Part shown: piece by piece, positions 13,601 through 26,769 of the stretch
Layout: every line of letters begins with the position of its first letter
How positions within the stretch are numbered: the stretch's first letter is position 1
NCBI GenBank assembly: GCA_002633005.1
Contig: NMRA01000731.1
Location: 3,470-67,469, forward strand
DNA: 64,000 bases
From: Phoronis australis
Taxonomy: Eukaryota; Animalia; Phoronida
Reading direction: 5' to 3'
Made by a program: the position numbers and the translations under genes
The notes under the pieces: generated by a model
What the model was told of the DNA's origin: nothing
Seen by the model: only the letters and a program-made list of their open reading frames with translations
The model's database searches: none

Positions 13601-16149
13601 AGAGCGTGGTATCAAGCAAAAATAAACTGTCAGTTCTTTCAAAGACCTGGTATCACTTCCAATTTGACTAAGAATTTGAGACCAATCTCATAATATTGGA
13701 TGGTCTTATTCGAAAGTTGTATTGTAGTGATCAATGGCAGTTTATTGATGATTTAAGTACATTTCACGTGTGGAAAACATAAATCATGCAACTTCCTTTT
13801 GGACTGATCAAAAATATGAAAACCTTGAAGAAAAGTGTTGAATATTCCATTTATATAATGAATAACAAACGTTTGCACTGATAGTTGACATGTGTATCAA
13901 AGTTAAAGACGAGTTTAATCAAAATATGTAAAGGAAACTGATTTGATACTTCGACTGTGACAGTACACGTAAAATTATTAACTATTAATTGGATATTCCA
14001 AAAAATCAGAGATCTGAATATATTAAAAGCTCACCTAAAGTAAAAATTCAGCAGCCAATCTGAAAAAGATCTAGGGATGGAACAACACAAAAAACAGAAG
14101 CCCCAGCATCTATTGCTAATTCTAAGTTACTTTCACCATTTTATATGAAAATATACATCACAGAAGCACATCACCAGTAAGACTAAACTTATTTCTTGCT
14201 CAAGTGATATTTCCCAAACTTACATCAACCTCAAAACCAAGTGTAAATGCTTTAACAAAATCTGCAGCTTTCTGAAGCGAGCCAATGTCTTTAGTGTCTT
14301 TGCATGTCTGTAACAAGAAAAAACATTTCAACTCACTTTGAAAATTATAAAATATTTTTCAGATAAAAATTACAACAATGCCATTTAATACCACAACATC
14401 GCAACCTTTTCAATATCTTGGGTAATTCGAAGTTGTTCAGTGAGAAATTTAAAGCTGTATATGAAAATGTCAATCTATGTGGCCAACAGATGGCGTGCTG
14501 GCAAGACTTAAATATTTGCGAATTTAAAGCTGACAGTGCTACAAAACCAGGTTCCAAACGGATACAGACGTATTTGCCCTTCAAAGAAACATCACTGCAG
14601 TCTTACCCATTGCTACAATTCAAATAAGTTAAAGGCTTGCTGTGGCAGTTGAAAGTAACCCGCCGTAACACGCAACTTACAGAGCCTGATCTGGAGCAAC
14701 AACACATCTATCAGTTCTTCTCGACCCAGAAAATCAGTTCTACCATAATACCAGTAAGAAACAAAATGAGACCAATTTGAATAGTAAAAATGGAACCAAA
14801 ATGAAATTTGATTTTTGACTGAATTCGAAGGCACTTATCTATTGCAGTGTCAAATACGTTATTAAGTTATGATCTCAGAAACAGCAGATACTTCTCAGAC
14901 TGACCTTTATTTCAACATTTCTGGTTTTCAGATTGAATCTGATCTGTAAATTAAGATGTTCTACAACTGGTGTAAAAATCCTCATCCAGTTCTCTTTCAG
15001 AGGTGTGTATCTGTTGGGCGGTACTGGAATTTTTCTCAGCTCAGACTTTCCTCCCTGAAAAGATAAGACAATGCAAGGTTTGATTTTCCATAAAACGGGT
15101 GAAATGCCCATGGTAATGTTAATGTTGCTAAAAATTAGAAAAATGAGCAAAGAAGCACTCACAGGTATTTGGTTTAAATCTGTGTTACATTTTTCAAATT
15201 ATGAAATACTTTTAACTACTTGCTTTGGCATCAAGTTTCCAAATCCAGAAGAATGTTATCGATTATGAGATCGAAATTCATGTTTTATCCTCATAGGGAA
15301 ATCATTCAAATGAATTTTCTTCTATAAAGCCACTGGGCATGTCGTTTACTGATTGACTATACACTTGACACATGTCCTCGTCTGTGTTGCCTTGACTTGG
15401 CATAGCTGCCTGCCCGTTCCCTTCCTATAAACCTCTGTATGTTTCCATTTGGCCTTATATTGTAGGTTAGCTATCAATTCTGTAGGCAAATGAAAGGACA
15501 TACCAAACAAACATCTTGGTTGCACGAGTATTTTGTAGCAACTAGAAGGTCAGAGACTGCACTTTCACATTAGCTGTACATAAGTCATAACCCTGGTTTG
15601 ATTTTGTCAAATTGCAGCACTGGATTCTCAACACTACAACACTATACACAAAAATTCAAACTCTATTAACTTTAAACTCTAATGTCATAATGGTAAGTAA
15701 CAGTAATCAGGCTTAAGGTAATACTATTCAGTGGCAGATTTAGAGGGGGGCCAACGCAACGGGGCTATGCCCCCCTTCCCATAAAATTACATTTGGCAGT
15801 TTGGGGGTTCAAATGTTCTACGGACAAAATCCTGGCTAATACTCTGCCCTGGACCCCCTAATTCGAAATCCTTGTCTCCGCCTCTGCTATTACCATTATG
15901 TACCACTATCACTATTGCTAATGCTAGTGGGGAGTAGTGAGTAGTCTTTACCAGTAAGCGTTCTCCGCTAATTGGGGGCAAGTTCGGCCTTTTTGGAGCT
16001 GTTTCTAATGTTTCCATGGACGCATCTGTCGCTTTAGATTCGTCTTGTATTTTTCGTTTCCTCGATTTGGTTTTAACTGTTTGAAAATCATCTTTTGTAG
16101 TCATTTCAGACTCCTCGGAGGAGACATGCGCCTTATCTTCGTCCGCCAT
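10674..16149 (-). CDS. PNO1: RNA-binding protein PNO1/Dim2 (KH domain, 40S biogenesis), 7 coding exons, 249 aa
   Basis: Exons (minus) 15952-16149, 14905-15054, 14224-14307, 13181-13241, 11700-11817, 11129-11199, 10674-10741. All GT-AG, phases consistent, total 750 nt. Motifs [79 protein letters not shown]...SAERF*. Confidence 0.97.
11930..12349. mobile_element. TTAA-flanked MITE family A (partial copy) in PNO1 intron 4
   Basis: Shares catagcaaaacaacggtatc.. and the terminal gtaacct with copies at 18262-18727, 46165-46658 and fragments near 34960-35100 and 35720-36010. Confidence 0.6.
12354..12697. mobile_element. Fold-back MITE family B
   Basis: agctgcattttgcc ... ggcaaaacgcagct long imperfect TIRs. 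Second copy at ~36140-36386 shares gattttatgagagtaaaatgcc. Confidence 0.6.
15729..15886. mobile_element. Short hAT-like MITE (CAG...CTG) with 5-bp TSD ctatt, PNO1 intron 1
   Basis: ctatt|cagtggcagat ... ctccgcctctg|ctatt. Related copy at ~62896-63070 shares aaaatcctg.ctaatactctgccctg. Confidence 0.65.
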
Positions 16150-16368
16150 GTTTAAAAAGAAAGAGTCTCGACATCGATCAGTGAAAATTTCTATTGTACA
16201 GTTTTTAGTCTTTTTAATTACCTTTAACTCAATTAAAGTTAATTAAAATACTTTGATGTGTTCTTTTGGCTATATTTTTGTCATATTTATAGTATTTTTA
16301 AGGCATGTTTTCAGTTTAGCGATGTAAAGTTTGAGATTAATTAGTAGTCCCACAATGCTTCAACCATA
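16150..16368. promoter_or_regulatory. Bidirectional promoter PNO1/KPTN
   Basis: Start codons diverge 219 bp apart. ZNF143/Staf-like tcccacaatgc at 16348-16358; YY1-like aaacATGGCGgac overlapping the PNO1 start. Confidence 0.75.
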
Positions 16369-19300
16369 ATGTCGCTGTCATGTCCCTTTTCTGAAGCCCA
16401 TTTCTGCAGTTTATCGTCCCAAAGTAATGTTTATGGGTTTGCAAAGCTGCGTCTGACTGGTCACACAAACAAAGTGCTTGTAGCGTCACTTAGCAGTGAA
16501 ATCGTCTGCCTGGAATATTGCAACATTAAAAACGAATTGACTCCAGTGAGTCGAGAAGTCCAATTCAGCTACATTCCTCAGGGTGCACAACAAGGTTTGC
16601 ATTATATGTGAAACTTTTAGAAATGTAATATATCTGTAAAATAAGTAGTTGCATACGTAGGGCTACTTAGAGTCATGTTTCTGTAAGTGCTTTTTGCGCA
16701 CAGAGGAACACCTTAACCCTAGAAGGCCTTTGATGTCTTTAATTCCTTCCAACTTCAACAAATACTGCGTTGGGCGTAGGGCGTTATCAAACTTTTTTTG
16801 TAGCAATCCTTCGTTCAGTTGCCCAAATTGGTAGTTGGCCATTTTTACACTAAATGTGTTTGACTACGGTAGTATTTGTTCGAGTTGGAAGTAATTAAAG
16901 ACATCGACAGCCTCCTGCTAAGGTCCCTAGCAACGTGACTTTGATGGTGTAAGGCATAATTCGCTGAAAATCTTCCTACATTTGAAGGCCCTATGGCGAG
17001 CATCACATGCCTGTTGTTAGTTTTGCTGTGTTAGTTGCAATGCAAAATGAAGCAAAAATGCAATATGCTTTTCACAATGAAATACACAGTAGATCAATTT
17101 GCATTGTTTGTTCACTATGTATTGAGGACAACTGGCAATTCCCTATTTTCGACAATCACTACTGTAAAGGTAAGGCATAAAGTTATGATTCTACTGCAAA
17201 TTACATGGACATGTAGACTTGACACTTGGCTGTTGTATTCTTTAGAGTGTCTACTATCGACTCTGTGGGATAGTAGAATGGAACTAATCGGTAGACGATA
17301 TGTGTTAAGGAATACAAATAAATAATATTTGCCTATAAAAGTGGAGTGTTTTATGTAGATTTGAAAGTGGTGTTATTAACCAGCAGATTTCTACAGTTTA
17401 GAACTGAATATTCGTAGTTTCATGAATAAAGCAGATGGTAAATTCATGTAACAACACTGAATGTAGAGCATTGCAAATTTCTCTTATAATTCTGATTGTC
17501 AAATGGCTTTGTTGGAAGTAATGGTTTTTGATTGGTTTATCTTGGGACGTACCTTTCATACGCCATATGTAAGAAAAGGCCACTCAGTCAGTCCACCTGG
17601 CAAGATTTCTTGTATGTAGCCAGTCACAGACACTGGTAGTCCAAACCTGATTCTCAAACATGAGAGTTTGGATAAACACCAGAGATGATGTATTGGCTAA
17701 GACACAGAGCATGAAGCCCTCAATGAGAGCACCATTGTCATGCCTGTGGTGACACGTCATGTCTTGTGATGTGGGGTGAGCGGTTGTTGAAGTCTTTACA
17801 TACTTCTTGAACAACATATTCTGAAAAGAAAATTTAAGCTTCCGTCTGGCAGCTGCTACTTACAATTGATAACTGACCTATCATCGCATTGGTCATTTCC
17901 TGCAAATTTCTTGTATATTTGGCTGAGGAGTTTCCTTTGCAAAGAACCTGACAGTGAGTGACACAAACTTGTGTTACATTTGCAACCTTGTCTGCTTTCG
18001 TTCTGATTCTACACTTAGGCTTAGACTAGAACTACCATCTGTTTTTCAGGTTATGCTGAGATTGCATCCATCGACGTCTTCACTAAATATTACGGAAATG
18101 GTGTTATAGTTGGAATCACGTTTATAAAGGTATATTTGTAAACCTTTTAAGAGTGTTGTGTTTTGAGCATCCATTGTGGAAAGCTATGCTTTTATAATAT
18201 GATGTAGTATTCAGTTATTGGTTTTACTGCTCTTGAATTCAAGTGTGCCTCAATATTGTAAGGTTATTGAGGACTTTCGACAACTACGTGCATTTAACCA
18301 AATGTGTATAACAATCAAATCTGTATAAGTCTAGATTTTTGGAAAATAGAAAGCCTGTAGACTTTGATTTTTAACTTTATACCAATCTGTTATCATTTGG
18401 GCCTCATGACTATGCATTTTTAGTAAAATTTAGCTAAAAGAAAGGTTCATTCATAACAAACCAACGCTATGAATAACATGACTAATTTTCGTTTAATGTT
18501 CAAGATGAAATTTCAAAAACGCTGTTATGGTTGTCTAAATTATTTCGTTTTATGCAAGTTTGAGTTTTTTCGTTGAAATCGCCACATTTCTATTTTGTAC
18601 TGCCCTTCATGCAAAAGGGAAACATTTTAAAAACAATGCATCAAGCACAGTGTTAGAAACTTTTGTAAGATATGACGGTCAAAAATTTAGGCAGATTTGG
18701 ACATTTTTCTAGAGTTTTACATTAACCTTAAGATCATAAGCTAATTTAGTTTGTATAGGATGTTTAACATGTTTTTGTTAGTGAGATGAAGGTAATTGTT
18801 AATAAAGAAAGGGCGCGTTCTTTGAGAACTCAGAAAAAACGTATCCAAGCAAAGCGTCTTGTGAATTAAGCAACCATTCAATATGTGGACTTGAATCCAC
18901 TTTCTTATGGTTATGTTTCTTGACATCTTTCTTATGCTTTAACACTTAGGACTAGATTACTGAGTTTTTGTAGTGGTAAAAAAATTCAATTTTGGTTGAA
19001 TCTAAAATTCAACATGTGGTCTGACTTTCCTGAAGGAATGAATATACAAATCAACCAGCGTTTTACATAAAACAGATGCAGAATCTAGAAATCAATGCTT
19101 TGAAAAGCGCAATCATTGAAAACTGCCATCTTCACAGTCATCTTTGAGATGACACATTGGTTTGGTCTTTTACAGGATAGTGGAGACAAGTTCTTTAACA
19201 TTTATTCAGACTGGGAACCAGGATCAGCTTTCAACCTGGATGAGTTGGCACGTGAGTAATGACTCTCAAGATAACTCTGACTAAGCTGCAGAGGGCGATA

Positions 19301-22300
19301 AAATGATAGCAAGTGACAGACAAAGTTGTAGGTCAAATATGCTGTTCTTGGTGCGATAAACCTTTGTAAATTTCTTTGTTACAGTAGTTAGTAACTAGAT
19401 TTTGAAGAAATTTTCTGCGTTCAAAAAGGTTTGGCATTTGCATGAGAAAACTTATTATAATAAACATATTCATTGTTGGTCCACTATGATGTTTATTTCT
19501 GCCCTTGGTCATATTTAATACTTTTTAAATCTAACAATAATGTTGTTAAATCTAACAATAATGTTGTTAAATAAATTTATCATTTTCCAGAAAGCTGCCA
19601 AAGTATTGAACTGCAGTACGTGCCATACCAGTTAACTCATCACAGGTAACTATGGTTTTCATCTTTTGATTTGTGGTATATTGGGTTCTAATGCCTCTTG
19701 GTCTACGGTAAGCCAGAGATTGATTGAGTCAGTAACAGTTGGAACATGTAAACTTTATTTTATGGCAAAATGGCATGATTGCCTGACGAATTCAAGCTCA
19801 GCACTCTCTGCTTGGATAAGATTTTTCTGCACAGACAAAAATTGACATACACACAAAGATTTTCGGATCTTCTTGTCAGCAGAATTTTGAGAATGGGGAG
19901 CAACGAGAGGATCCGAAAGCATTTTTAGGCATGTCGGATTCTGTCTGTGCAGAAAAGAGACCTATTCACTCAGTGTATCTACCAGACAAATAAATTATTA
20001 AGTGAACAGTTACTTGCAGCCGTTTTTATTATTTGGTCAACAACGTAAAATGTAGGTTCTTAGGCATATTCGGTGACTATTTTCTTGCCAATAGATTGGA
20101 GATTAGTACTGTACCAAATCTGTTGTTGCTGCTTAGAGAGATAGCTGTCATACGGGTATAAGATGCTGAATCACTACACGCCATTCTCCTTATTGTTTTT
20201 CCCCCAGGGTAACTAAAGATGGACTCAATGAAACCATGTTCTTGCTCAGTGGCAGTGACCAGAGAGTCCACATGTTCAGAGAAGTATGTTCCTTATATTT
20301 TTTTTAAATAGTTCACTTTGATGTCACACATCTAAAACATGGCTTCATGTTTTGTGTCTGTCAATCTCTTTCGAACAGTAAAGTGTATGGAAAAATTATA
20401 ATTATTTCTTTGACTTGATAATTTTAAGTAACGTTTTGTCGGCCACTGTCTACTGCGACACCTGTTGGCGTTTGTCAACCTTGAGGCAGATGGTGGGATT
20501 TTGAACAATAGCTGATCCCACTTGTGTTAAACCTCAGTCTAACTCTTCTGTTTAAGAAATAAAGTATGTTCAATTCTTTCCAAAACCCACTCCTTCACAC
20601 CATGTTCAAACCATTTTTTGCCTATCTTGAATCAACTCATCCAGATGTCACAACTATGACCCGATTCCTCACAGTGGGTGAATACAGCCAAGTTATAGGC
20701 GTCGTTGTTGCTGGATCGTCGGTGTAAAGACAACTCACCACAATTTATTCCATGAATCACATTGGCTAAGTGGACTGAGATGCCATGGGACCGGGTGTTG
20801 TCCAAAGTTTTATGTTGTTTGCCTCAAGATTGACACACGCCACCATGTGTCACAGAAACTTGAAAAAACAACAGTTGCCCACAAAACATTTCTTTAAATT
20901 CTCAAGTAAGTTTAGGAAACAATCGTAATTTTTCTGTATCATATTTCACCACTGAACGAGTGATAATTTCCATGTGTATAGTAAAATGTAGAGTTCAAGA
21001 AATTCCCTCGAGTCTTCTGTGTTAACACTTGTTGCCTTGTGTCTCAGTGCGAATTTGTATTTTTGAGATGATTTATTTTTAAAAAATCCATTTCTATCTT
21101 CAGAATTGAGTTTTGTTTTTGTATTGCACTTATTTTTGCCATGTCTTCTTCACAGGACAAAATTATGCATACCTTCAGTGAACAGAGTCTCCTGGACTTT
21201 TTTCCTGAGTTTGTCAATCCACTTCCTGGAATGTAAGTAGTTCACTTGTCTAACTTGTGTCTCAGGTCATGCGCAATGACATCTAAATTTAGGGAGTTGC
21301 TTTACTGAGTTAGGCCACATTACATATAAATTTGGGTATAATTTCTACGTCCACAGTCCACCCAAGGCTAAGGTGTAGTTTGGTAGCAGCCCTTCATTAA
21401 CACAAATTTGATTGAAAACGTGAGTTTACTTTCTGTTGGCCTGTGGGCTTCCCACCGTGTATTACATACTCTCTGCTTGCATGTTTACCTCATTGTTGAG
21501 TTTTTTCTTTTTGCCATGTGCCTGAGGATGAGATATGTGCTCTTGAGATAGAGCTACTATTTTAACTATTTTGTTTGCAATGTCTATTGGTAATTTGCTT
21601 TACAACTGCTCACCAAAAAATCAGAAATTGTACTGAGAGTTTGAGGGAATGTACATCAAGCTGTCCAATAGAAAATACAATCGTGTTTTCAGTTAACCAA
21701 GGTTGAAGTAGAAATGCGTGGATGTTATGTCGACGTGTCAGATCACTAATCCTTTCTCTGAGCTCTTATATTAAGCTTGACATAGGTATCCTCCATCTTG
21801 AAACCCGGTTCTTTTCTGTTGATCTTTAACAGCCATTCTTTTCAATATTTTACGCATCATGTTTTTCTTAGTGGTGAAAAAGTTACCATTTCGGAGTCGT
21901 GTTGCCTAGGTTGACATAGCTTTCATCACTCATTCTACTAACGGAGCCGGATACTAAACATTCACTCTATCATGTTTTTCTGTTTTCCCAAGAGTTCAAA
22001 GTTACCAACACTAACATACTGATCAACTGTGATGTCACCCACTGCATCAGCCAATCAACTCGAGCTGTCAAATTTTCTATCACAGTTAAATTGATGCTTT
22101 GTTTGTAGGAAGGTCATATTTTTGATGAGTACTCCCACTTGTGTTTACATTTTGCAGTCCTCTAGTGTGACTGTGTGTTTAAGCTATGTATAGCTCCAAT
22201 ATCTGATTTCGACTATTCTGCTATTTTCCAGTGCTTTATGGATTGACATGAAACCGTTGTCTGACAGTAAACGAGTCACTGCTGTCGGGTGTGAAAATGG

Positions 22301-25300
22301 CTTTGTCCTCTGCTTTCTGGTAGACATGGAAAACAAAGGTATGATGGTGGTTAGACTCTATTTCTTACAGGTTTACTGAAAAACAAATTTCATACTTGTA
22401 TTTCATAGTGGACAAAAACGCCATTCAGTTCCTTAGTGTATTTGTGTGCAGTCACCTCCTCCAGTAATCTTGTCAGCAAGTCTATACAGTCACCTAAATG
22501 TCTAAAATACTATAGAATTTAACTGAAGAAAAGTGGCCATATTCTGAAAGTAGATTCAGCATTTGAAATTTAATTTTCTTTTAAATACCAGTCTGCCAAT
22601 ACCCAATTAATTGGGTCATGGGACCCTGTCTTATAGGTTATATTAAGAAAAAATTCCAAAAATGGAATGTACGTTCATAGTTTCAAAGCAATGGTTTCAA
22701 TGACATAATCAGATTTCTTTTAATTTAAATGTTCAAAAAGAAATCTCAGAAACATGGTCTCAGTTGTGTTAAATATCTAATATTCATTTTTGTTTTATGT
22801 AATGTGAAAGCCCAATGTTAATAGCACCTTATGCTTAAAGTCCACAACATTAGAGACAATCCCTAACAGAGTTTTGGGTAACAGTGCATAAATCATAGTG
22901 TCCGAAAGTTTCATGTGAATCCAATCTACCATTTCTGACTCGTGGTGCTCCAAAGTAACGTCTTATTTTCTACATTTCCAGCTGTCATTGACTCGTGGTC
23001 CATTGAACACAGTGGCCCAGTGACCTCTGTCCAGTTGTTCACAAGTATCAACGCAGTGGGGACCCAGACTGCGCAGCCTCATCATGGCCAAGGAGCTGAT
23101 CATTATGGTAACGCTCTCACGTTGTCATTGCTACCAACTGTATCCCAAAGTACAACCATAGACTAATAATTACGCACAATTAGAAGTTTCTAAACTGACT
23201 GCTTCTTGTAGTGAAACGGCTTCCTGAGTGTCAGCTGCGAACAAAATTAAGTTTTTATTCATGGCCTTCCATTTCATACTATGAGGTCACTGCTATGGAA
23301 AGCTGGGAATAAGTGTAAACACCAGGGGTCTATTATATCAAAAGTCATACACCCAGTCAGCTAAGACTTTTGGTTTCCCACTATTATTTTAAAGGAGTTT
23401 TATGGAGATGATTGTTTGCTGTGAATATGGTCCATGGTCGAATTTACGCACGCAACTTTTTTGCAGTGTTTCATCCTTTAAGAAATTACAGTGATGCATT
23501 TGCAGTCACATGCCTTTTACCATCTTAGCTGTGACCTGCATACGACATTGGTAAAACGACCCTCCCTGTTTTCGAACATTTCAAGTTTTGAAGTGCTTTC
23601 CCTCCAAAATGTTTCCATTTTTTCAATATGGTAATTTGTAGTCTTATCCATGACTGATGAAACAGTAATGTGATAAATTTTGTGTTTTTCTGTTAAGTCA
23701 TTGTGACTTCATTTTTTATCAAACTTTACTCAGTACGGTAATTCTATTTCATTTCTTATAGAATATAACATTAAATTTGCTTCCAGGTTCTATGTTCGAT
23801 TCTGTTGAACTCGAGAGTCAAGACATCACCTACCATCTACTTGTTACCGGGGCACTAGAGGTCGCCGTTGTCTATACAAACATCTCAACAAAAGGCTTCA
23901 GTCAGCAGGTAGTGCTACCCAACAGTGACAGCCACGACAGCACACTTTGCTGCTGTGTGTGTGACCTCGATTTTGATGGACAGAATGAGATTGTGCTCGG
24001 CACTTATGGACAGGTTGGTAGCTGTTACCTGTTGTTGTCATTTTCTAACTCTGACTTTTACTGAAGAATTTGTTCTGCTTTTCATTGCTACTGGCGCTCT
24101 ATATTAGTCAGCAGAACAGTCTACTTATGCTACGTTCACGGGCAATCGTAGTCTTTGGTGACCTTGCATTAAGAAAAATGATAATTCACTCGTTAAATAT
24201 ATTTATGTGAGAATATGCACTCGTCCCACTTATACCCCCATCTTTCGGACCGGTCCATTAACCCCCTTGTGTAGATTCGCATGCGGTTCTCCTGCACTCG
24301 AGGCACTAGGACATTCCATTTCCAGACTCACTATTGGTTCGTTTGTGTTACCGCCACGAGTTCCTGGTTCCCATAAGCTGATGATTGTCACGTGTCATAG
24401 GGCTCCTTTGTTCTCAGTAAAGTTATATTTCCTGCCATCAGTACTTCGCTTTAGCAGCACTCAGGTTCGAGTCTAATCTCTCTTCATTTTTGTCCCACCC
24501 TCTACCACCCTCTCCTTTGGGTAGTTCCTCTTACCTGAGTGCTGGCGCTTTTTAAGGCCCATCTTTCCAGAGATTATTATTTTATCTTTATGTTATTTGT
24601 ACACTCATATTTCTGTACCTTATCAGTCATAATAAATGACCTTATATCCCCTATACACGGTCTCCTTTGTATCTCTGGAAACGGAGCTCGCGACGCACCT
24701 ATTATTTTCGGGACATATTCCGAACATAAATGTAAGATTACATGACTGTCAAGATATATTGATGTATTAGGCAATGTGTAGTCTGATGGCTAGTTGATAA
24801 TCACTGTTTAGGTTTATTCATGCGACTAGTGTATCATGAATTGGTCATGAATCAAAGCAGAATGTCAGTCGAGCTGACATTATACATGTTGAACTAATGT
24901 TAAAGGTACTTAATGTGAGCCACAATATTTGGTTTAAATTTTTAAACAATAATATAAAGTGCCATCTACGATGTTCAATACAAGACCAAGCTGACAGACA
25001 AAATACTGTCTCTCCATCATGACGGCTAATTTTACAGCAAAAATGACTGGAAATAACAATTTGTTATTTAAGATTCTAATTATGGAATGGCTTACTAACC
25101 TTTCTTACAGTCCTGTGAATTCCCCTTCATTTTCGGTCATGAGGGAGGACTACTTTAACAATGAATTTGGTTTCTGCCCAGCTGTCATGACGGAAAATTC
25201 CCGGTCATTTTTTTAATTCCTTTGGCTCGTACTGTAGTTATAAAGCCTTGTTTTGATATTTTGGAAAATGATTGGTTGCAATCTTATGTGAGAAGAGCTG

Positions 25301-26675
25301 GCTTTGTTTTATGTTCTTTTCTTCTTTTTGCAGGAGCTTTTAGCCTACAAATTCTTTGAGTACGATGACATATTCAAAGAGCACGAGGCCAATAACCCCC
25401 TAGGTGAATATAAACTTTTGTGGCAAAGGAGTTTCTCATATCCGATTTTAGCAGTTGACAAGATTGACATAACTGGTGATGGAGTTGAGGAGCTTGCTGT
25501 ACTTACAACCAAAGGAGTCCATATCTTGCAGGTACAGTTACTCTATATTTCTGGTTCTGCTGCTTCTATTCAATGAGGCACTTGTAAATATATTTTTCTC
25601 AAAATATTTAAATTTGTAGCAGTTACATAACTTTCAAATCATCTCAATTTTCTCCAAGATGTCGACTCCCTAAAACTTTGAGGTGGTGGTGTAGTAAACT
25701 CTGTTGGTACATTTACACCGGTTTCTAGCTTGCTTTCATTATCACATTTTCCACTACACAATAGCCTGTTTATATTGACATTTTACACCAACCTTCACCT
25801 ACTTACACTGGCACATTTACACCGACCTTTGGCCTATTTACATATTTGTCACATTTGCACCAATCTCTAGCCTATGAACATTGTTATTTTGCACCAACTT
25901 CTAGCCTATTTAAATTGGCATTGACTTCTAGCCTATTAATTTTGACACAAAGTACACAGACGACTTCTAGCCTATTTAAAGTGTCAAAAATTTTCACCAA
26001 CCATTAGCATGGAGGTTTTTCACCAACCTCTAGCTTATATATATTGGCATCTTACTCCAACATCTAACCAATTTTCATGCCGGACGCCATTATGGCATTG
26101 AAAATAGACTAGAGTTTAGCGTAAGTGAACTAATGAACCTAAGAAATGGTTTACAAAGCTCTGATAGCATAGTTTTGATTTATATTCTCTGTTTTTCAGT
26201 ATTGTCAGCTGCGTTAGTTTCGTTCTTAATATTTTTGCTTTACATTTTTGACCTTCATATTCGATTAAGCAAAAACTCTGGCAGTATAACTGTCTGTGCC
26301 TTGACATGGCCAAAACAGTGTGATGAACATATACACTTGCTCCATACACTGTGGTATGATGATCTTTTGAAGATTCTGTTTGAAATCTACAAATGTCATT
26401 CTATCAAAGTAATACTATGCAAAGTTATATGAAGCCCCTGGTTGTTAAACTGTGTAATTTGTAAAATACCGAGTGTTTCAGTCTACATTACTCTTTATTT
26501 CTGTATTTGTTAACTTGGTTAGTAAGTTCCATTTTTAACCTCATCTGGTACATTTCAGCATAATTTAGAAGCTGTCATGGCTGTATGTCTGGAAAAATTG
26601 AAGATTTCCTCCAAGCAAGTGGTTCCAAAGGACGATCCGTTTTTACTTTTACAGTCTGAGACATTCTCATCATGA
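16369..26675 (+). CDS. KPTN: Kaptin (KICSTOR complex subunit), 11 coding exons, ~454 aa
   Basis: Exons 16369-16594 (alternative donor 16582), 18050-18129, 19176-19251, 19591-19645, 20208-20283, 21156-21232, 22232-22338, 22982-23107, 23787-24013, 25334-25531, 26559-26675. GT-AG, phases consistent, 1365 nt. Motifs SQSNVYG, EVQFSYIP, AEIASIDVF, FNIYSDWEPGS, FLLSGSD, LPNSDSHDS, DLDFDGQNEIVLGTYGQELLAYK, DITGDGVEELAVLTTKGVHILQH match kaptin. Confidence 0.95.
16706..16928. mobile_element. Fold-back MITE in KPTN intron 1
   Basis: gatgtctttaattccttccaacttcaacaaatact pairs with agtatttgttcgagttggaagtaattaaagacatc. Confidence 0.65.
18262..18727. mobile_element. TTAA-flanked MITE family A copy in KPTN intron 2
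   Basis: ggtta...taacc|ttaa termini; internal similarity to 46165-46658. Confidence 0.6.
19823..19955. repeat. Long inverted repeat/hairpin in KPTN intron 4
   Basis: ttttctgcacagaca...tgtctgtgcagaaaa outer arms; ttcggatc...gatccgaa inner arms. Confidence 0.7.
20385..20942. mobile_element. MITE with ~100-bp imperfect TIRs in KPTN intron 5
   Basis: acttgataattttaag..ggcgtttgtcaaccttgaggca versus tgcctcaagattgacacacgcc..tttaaattctcaagt. Confidence 0.6.
25705..26070. repeat. Degenerate ~33-bp minisatellite in KPTN intron 10
   Basis: Recurrent acattt(t)acaccaacttctagcctattta-like units. Confidence 0.6.
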
Positions 26676-26769
26676 TAGGATGTGATGCTGTAAAGGTCCT
26701 GAAAATACTTGCAGTGCTCTATACAGGCTGACTATCAATGGCAGCACTCTTACCTATCTTGGAGTACTG

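Noticed and set aside
24206-24742. Possible solo LTR (TGT...ACA, internal AATAAA)
   Set aside because: No TSD, PBS or second copy in the window.
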